From Candidatus Poriferihabitaceae bacterium (GTDB lineage: Bacteria > Pseudomonadota > Gammaproteobacteria > Arenicellales > Poriferihabitantaceae): 64,000 nt of DNA. Below are positions 59,618-64,000 of the stretch, in pieces; positions within the stretch are counted from its first letter, which is position 1; every line of letters starts with the position of its first letter. Where the stretch lies: positions 376,729-440,728 of the forward strand of contig CBDFKV010000006.1 of assembly GCA_965249035.1 (NCBI GenBank), given 5' to 3'. Under the pieces are notes generated by a model that saw nothing but the letters and a program-made list of their open reading frames with translations, did no database searches and was not told where the DNA came from. The translations under genes were made by a program, and so were the position numbers.

Positions 59618-62271
59618 GCTCTGTCGACAGCGCTTTTCTTAAACGCTACGCTTTATTGGATTTGGATGCCTTACAAACGCACGCTTCAAATACCGATACG
59701 CTTACGGCATTTAGAGCTGCGCTGAAAACTGGCCGGGAACAGCTCAGCAAAGCGCACCATGCCAACGAGCCTACCGACACGATCGTGTATGCAACTGCAT
59801 GGCTGGCTGACCAACTGATCAAAACAGCCTGGCAAGGCCAATTATCATCACAAGCGCAACAAGGCACCGATTTGATCGCGGTGGGAGGCTATGGTCGAGG
59901 AGAGCTGAACCTACGCTCTGATATCGACTTACTGATCCTGAGCAAGAAAGAGCCGAGTGTAGATATCGCTACTGAGCTGGGTGTGGTTATCCAATTTCTG
60001 TGGGACATCGGGCTAGAAGTCGGGCATAGCGTTCGTACCCTCCACGACTGCGTGGAACAAGGTAAAGCCGATATTACGGTCATGACTAATATGCTGGAAA
60101 GCCGGCTATTATGTGGTGATCAGGCACGATTCGATGCCTTCCAAGCCCGCATCCATCAAGCAGATTTATGGCCGGCACCTGAGTTTTACAAAGCCAAGCA
60201 TCAAGAACAAAAAGACCGCCATCACCAAGCGGATAATACCGCCTACCGCCTGGAGCCCAACATCAAAAATAGCCCGGGTGGTTTGCGTGACTTACAGACC
60301 ATCGGCTGGATTGCTAATCGTGTTCATCACACCGATGATATTCAAATTTTGCACTCAAACGGACTGTTAAGTGATGAAGAAAGCACGCGGTTTATCAACG
60401 CACGAAATCTTTTGTGGCAACTTCGAAATGGGCTACACATTTTAGCCAAGCGGCCAGAAGACCGGCTGCTTTTTGCCTGGCAAAGTGACTTGGCATCCGC
60501 GTTAGGCTATGAAGATACCGACACTCACCGCGCCGTCGAGATCATGATGCAACGCTATTATCGCGCGGCTAAAGACGTTGACCTGTTGAATCGTTTATCG
60601 TTGCAGTATTTTGACGAGTTAATTAATCACGCTGATATCACACAAGTCCAACCGATCGATGAGCACTACGAGTTGGTCAACGGTTATATCCACCACCGCG
60701 ACCCCGACTTGTTCGATCACTCACCCCATCACTTACTGACAGTATTCGAGTGTTATCAAAAAACCCCAGGGAGCAAAGGATTCTCAGCTGAAATTATTCG
60801 CGCGGTGATTGCCAATGTCCACCATATAGATGATGCGTTCCGCGCTAACCCCCAACATAAAGCGACGTTTTATGCTTTCTTTCACTACGAAAAGCGCCTG
60901 ACCCACACCATTCGCAAGCTCGACTCCTATGGGGTTCTCGCTGCGTTCCTGCCCGTTTATGGGCGTATCGTTGGACAAATGCAACACGACTTGTTTCATG
61001 CCTATACGGTCGATGCACATACATTATTGGTCGTGCGTAATGTTCGCCGGATGACGATCAAATACCACCGCAAAGAGTTACCATTTCCATCCGAACTGAT
61101 CAAGCGCACCCCTCGTCATGACCGTTTATATCTAGCGGCCCTATTTCATGATATTGCTAAGGGCCGTGGCGGTAACCACGATAAAAAAGGTGCCCGGGAT
61201 GCATTAGACTTCTGTCTCGACATAGGCTTATCAAGGGAGGATTCGGAGTTCATATCCTGGCTGGTATTGCACCATTTACAGATGTCAAAAGTATCCCAAC
61301 GAGAGGATTTATCAGACCCTAAAGTTATTCAAGACTTCTGCCAGTTGGTTGGCGATAGTGAGCACTTGGATAATCTTTATCTGTTAACCGTCGCGGATAT
61401 CAGAGCGACCAGCCAAACCACCTGGACACCCTGGAAAGGCCATTTATTAAAAGAGTTATACGACAAATCCCAACAATTTATTAAGTCAAATAAAGCGATT
61501 GAGAAATCGGCAGAACAACATATTTTGGAGGTTCAGGCAGAAGCACAGCAACTCATCAGTGACCGCGTCCCCAAATCTTTGCTCAAAAAATATTGGGCCA
61601 TGCACGACCCAGACTATTTTTTGCAACACGAACCACGCATGATCGCTTGGCACGCTGAAAGCGTAGGTGAGACCCACGCGCTGGATTTACCCATGGTCGT
61701 TGGGCGCTACCGTTCAACCCTGAAAGTGGCCGAGTTTTTGATCTATACCGCAGAAACCGAGCACTTAGTCAGCACCATAACACGCACCTTTGACAAACTC
61801 AGCCTCAACATTGAAGATGCGCGCATTCATGCGGGCAACCCCGGCTACACACTACTGCTGTTTCATCTCACTCATTCCCACCAAAAGCCGCTTGACGATG
61901 AAACCATCGATAGACACATCGACCAGCTGCGACAAGCCTTAATTACGTCCCGCAGCACCACCCAGCCGAGCAAGCGACTTATCCCCAAACGCTTACAGCA
62001 ATTTGAAGTTGAACCGCACCTGGCTTTTGAAGATGACCTTGATAAAGGCGAAACGACACTAACGTTAACCGCACTGGACCAACCTGGCTTAATGCACCAA
62101 GTGGCCAATCTGTTCGCTGAATGCCATGTCAAGCTATTGTCTGCGCGGATCAATACTCACGGAGAAAAAGCCAAAGACACGTTTACTATCTGCGATCATC
62201 ACAGCCACATAGCACTCTCGGATGAAAAAAAGCAATGCCTGACAAGCAAAGCGCTAGAAAGATTGCGTTAA
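59614..62271 (+). CDS. glnD: Bifunctional [protein-PII] uridylyltransferase / uridylyl-removing enzyme
   Basis: 885 aa. It has the NTase motif GGYGRGEL...SDIDLL, an HD domain (HDIAKGRGG.H) and two C-terminal ACT domains. Its start overlaps the map stop. Confidence 0.92.
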   Translation: MSSVDSAFLKRYALLDLDALQTHASNTDTLTAFRAALKTGREQLSKAHHANEPTDTIVYATAWLADQLIKTAWQGQLSSQAQQGTDLIAVGGYGRGELNLRSDIDLLILSKKEPSVDIATELGVVIQFLWDIGLEVGHSVRTLHDCVEQGKADITVMTNMLESRLLCGDQARFDAFQARIHQADLWPAPEFYKAKHQEQKDRHHQADNTAYRLEPNIKNSPGGLRDLQTIGWIANRVHHTDDIQILHSNGLLSDEESTRFINARNLLWQLRNGLHILAKRPEDRLLFAWQSDLASALGYEDTDTHRAVEIMMQRYYRAAKDVDLLNRLSLQYFDELINHADITQVQPIDEHYELVNGYIHHRDPDLFDHSPHHLLTVFECYQKTPGSKGFSAEIIRAVIANVHHIDDAFRANPQHKATFYAFFHYEKRLTHTIRKLDSYGVLAAFLPVYGRIVGQMQHDLFHAYTVDAHTLLVVRNVRRMTIKYHRKELPFPSELIKRTPRHDRLYLAALFHDIAKGRGGNHDKKGARDALDFCLDIGLSREDSEFISWLVLHHLQMSKVSQREDLSDPKVIQDFCQLVGDSEHLDNLYLLTVADIRATSQTTWTPWKGHLLKELYDKSQQFIKSNKAIEKSAEQHILEVQAEAQQLISDRVPKSLLKKYWAMHDPDYFLQHEPRMIAWHAESVGETHALDLPMVVGRYRSTLKVAEFLIYTAETEHLVSTITRTFDKLSLNIEDARIHAGNPGYTLLLFHLTHSHQKPLDDETIDRHIDQLRQALITSRSTTQPSKRLIPKRLQQFEVEPHLAFEDDLDKGETTLTLTALDQPGLMHQVANLFAECHVKLLSARINTHGEKAKDTFTICDHHSHIALSDEKKQCLTSKALERLR

Positions 62272-62281
62272 GTGGTTTGAT

Positions 62282-63274
62282 ATGCGAAAAGCAGCAATCA
62301 AACAATTTCTAAATACGACGGACTGGCGAGATGCCCGCCTGATTCCGCTCGCACAAGATGCTTCATTTCGGCGTTATTTCCGGTTGCAGCTTGTCGATCG
62401 TACCGCAATCTTAATGGATGCGCCTCCACCCGAACGTGCGGTCATCGAATTTGCCCGCATCGCTGAGCACCTCGACCATTTAGGCTTGCATGCCCCTGCA
62501 CCATTGGCGATAGATAACCGCCATGGCTTGTTACTCCTCAGCGACCTCGGTGACACTACCTTTACCCGCGCACTGGCTGATGGCACCGACGAATCTCATT
62601 TGTATCAAATCGCCTGCGACACGCTGATTCACCTACATCAACACCCCAAAGCCAGCAGCATCGACCTACCTGACTATGACGTACCAACCCTGGATCAAGA
62701 AACTGCACTGCTATTGGATTGGTTTTACCCGCTAGTCATGGCTAAGCCAGCGAACGAGGCCACCCGTGCGTCGTATTTCAAAGCATGGCACCAGATTTAT
62801 GCTGATCTACCCTGCATGCCCTCAACTTTAGTGCTGCGTGATTTTCATATCGACAACCTGATGGTTATCGCTGACACTGAGGGCAATGAGCAATGCGCGT
62901 TGCTGGATTTTCAAGATGCCCTAATTGGTTCGCCGATGTACGACTTGATGTCGTTGCTGCAAGATGCGCGTCGCGATATCAGTCCCTCACTGGAGCAAAC
63001 CCTATTGGACTACTACTTCGAACGAGTCGCAAGCAAGCGCCAAACCAGCCTACAGTGGTATTGGGCTTTAGGCGCGCAACGCCACTGCAAGGTCGCAGGA
63101 ATTTTTGTACGACTGTGGCAACGCGACCAAAAACCACACTACCTAAACCACTTACCACGAGTGATCCGCCTGCTAAAACGATCTTTAGCTCGGGACGAAT
63201 TACAAGCGATAAGCCATTGGTTTTCAGCCCATTTACCTCTCGATCACATTGATTGGAACCGACTCAACCCATGA
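62282..63274 (+). CDS. Aminoglycoside-phosphotransferase-fold kinase (AmgK-like anomeric sugar kinase candidate)
   Basis: 330 aa. It has DASFRRYFRL, ILMDAPP, and the kinase catalytic-loop context LRDFHIDNLM followed by LLDFQDA. The AmgK assignment is from memory only. Confidence 0.5.
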   Translation: MRKAAIKQFLNTTDWRDARLIPLAQDASFRRYFRLQLVDRTAILMDAPPPERAVIEFARIAEHLDHLGLHAPAPLAIDNRHGLLLLSDLGDTTFTRALADGTDESHLYQIACDTLIHLHQHPKASSIDLPDYDVPTLDQETALLLDWFYPLVMAKPANEATRASYFKAWHQIYADLPCMPSTLVLRDFHIDNLMVIADTEGNEQCALLDFQDALIGSPMYDLMSLLQDARRDISPSLEQTLLDYYFERVASKRQTSLQWYWALGAQRHCKVAGIFVRLWQRDQKPHYLNHLPRVIRLLKRSLARDELQAISHWFSAHLPLDHIDWNRLNP

Positions 63275-64000
63275 ACAAAACCGTCTATCTCAAAGACTAC
63301 CAGGCGCCCAGCCATCTGATTAGTCATACGGCATTGCACTTTAGCTTAGCTGCCGATGAAACCGAAGTCACCGCTACTTACACCCTACAACGCAATGGCC
63401 CAAACCAACAGTCGTTGGCTCTTGATGGTGAAGCTTTGATCCTCAAGCACATTTCAATCGATGGAATCGAGCTGGACACAGATGCCTATGACCTCGGCGA
63501 ACACATATTAACGATTCATGAAACACCCGCTGAATTCTCGTTAGAAATTACCTGCACAACAGCACCCGCAACCAATACCGCACTCATGGGTTTGTACCAA
63601 TCCGGAGATATGCTGTGCACGCAGTGCGAAGCACAGGGCTTTCGGCGAATCATGTGGTCGCTGGATCGACCGGATGTACTGAGCCAATATACCGTGACGC
63701 TTGAAGCTAACAAGGCTGATTACCCGATTTTGCTCAGCAATGGTAATTGTGTTGACCAAGGCGAAAATGGCGATCAACACTGGTCCGTGTGGGATGATCC
63801 GTTCCCTAAACCTGCATACTTATTTACACTGGTAGCAGGCAAGCTAGCAGTGCGCAACGATCAGTTTATCACCATGAATGGTCGTCACGTCGACCTCAAT
63901 ATTTACACCCGGCCTGGTGACGAAGACAAAAGCCGACACGCGATGGATTCACTAATCAAGGCAATGCGCTGGGATGAAACCGCCTACAACCGCGAGTACG
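63271..64000 (+). CDS. pepN: Aminopeptidase N, N-terminal part only (the gene runs off the window end)
   Basis: The frame is open from the ATG at 63271, which overlaps the upstream TGA as ATGA. My translation is MNKTVYLKDYQAPSHLISHTALHF...LMGLYQSGDMLCTQCEAQGFRRI...DRPDVLS.YTVTLEA..., the classic PepN N-terminus. Confidence 0.9.
   Translation, partial: MNKTVYLKDYQAPSHLISHTALHFSLAADETEVTATYTLQRNGPNQQSLALDGEALILKHISIDGIELDTDAYDLGEHILTIHETPAEFSLEITCTTAPATNTALMGLYQSGDMLCTQCEAQGFRRIMWSLDRPDVLSQYTVTLEANKADYPILLSNGNCVDQGENGDQHWSVWDDPFPKPAYLFTLVAGKLAVRNDQFITMNGRHVDLNIYTRPGDEDKSRHAMDSLIKAMRWDETAYNREY

Overview
This 64-kb window looks like a chromosomal segment of a gammaproteobacterium. I infer that from the block pepN / glnD / map / rpsB-tsf-pyrH-frr-uppS-cdsA-dxr together with eno-ftsB, leuA, pdxH, gshA and dusA. 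All protein calls come from motifs and remembered family signatures in the supplied translations, because no database search was possible.

The housekeeping backbone is interrupted by several accessory or mobile regions:
1. 5.6-8.5 kb: an AT-rich islet between gshA/UDG-like and purC. It holds two divergent RAYT-type (IS200-like Y1/HUH) transposases. Each is preceded by the same ~70-bp bulged-hairpin repeat and by orphan ORFs bracketed by inverted repeats. This is my best candidate for something undescribed.
2. 24.5-38.1 kb: two near-identical IS5-family copies, an IS110/IS1111-type element, and an IS66-like element abutting an IS4-like element. Interspersed with these are a glutamine-synthetase-like/ALDH/ADH module and sufSE.
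3. Catabolic modules: an orphan xsc (sulfoacetaldehyde acetyltransferase) with a divergent IclR regulator; a tightly coupled M24 hydrolase / racemase-like / DpaL-like operon ending in a GlxA-type regulator; and frdABCD.

Three core genes (purC, frdB, dxr) are each split by a 1-nt indel. The purC and dxr indels lie in homopolymer runs and the frdB shift is flanked by two candidate runs. This pattern suggests assembly error more than biology, but it needs read-level checking.

Other points of note are ribosomal protein S2 with a ~150-aa Lys-rich/HhH-like C-terminal extension, a Leu-rich leader peptide upstream of leuA, a UNG-like paralog with a non-canonical catalytic motif, and an S8-protease autotransporter. 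I found no rRNA, tRNA or CRISPR array. Most short ORFs in the track lie antisense to, or inside, longer well-supported genes, and I treat them as artefacts.
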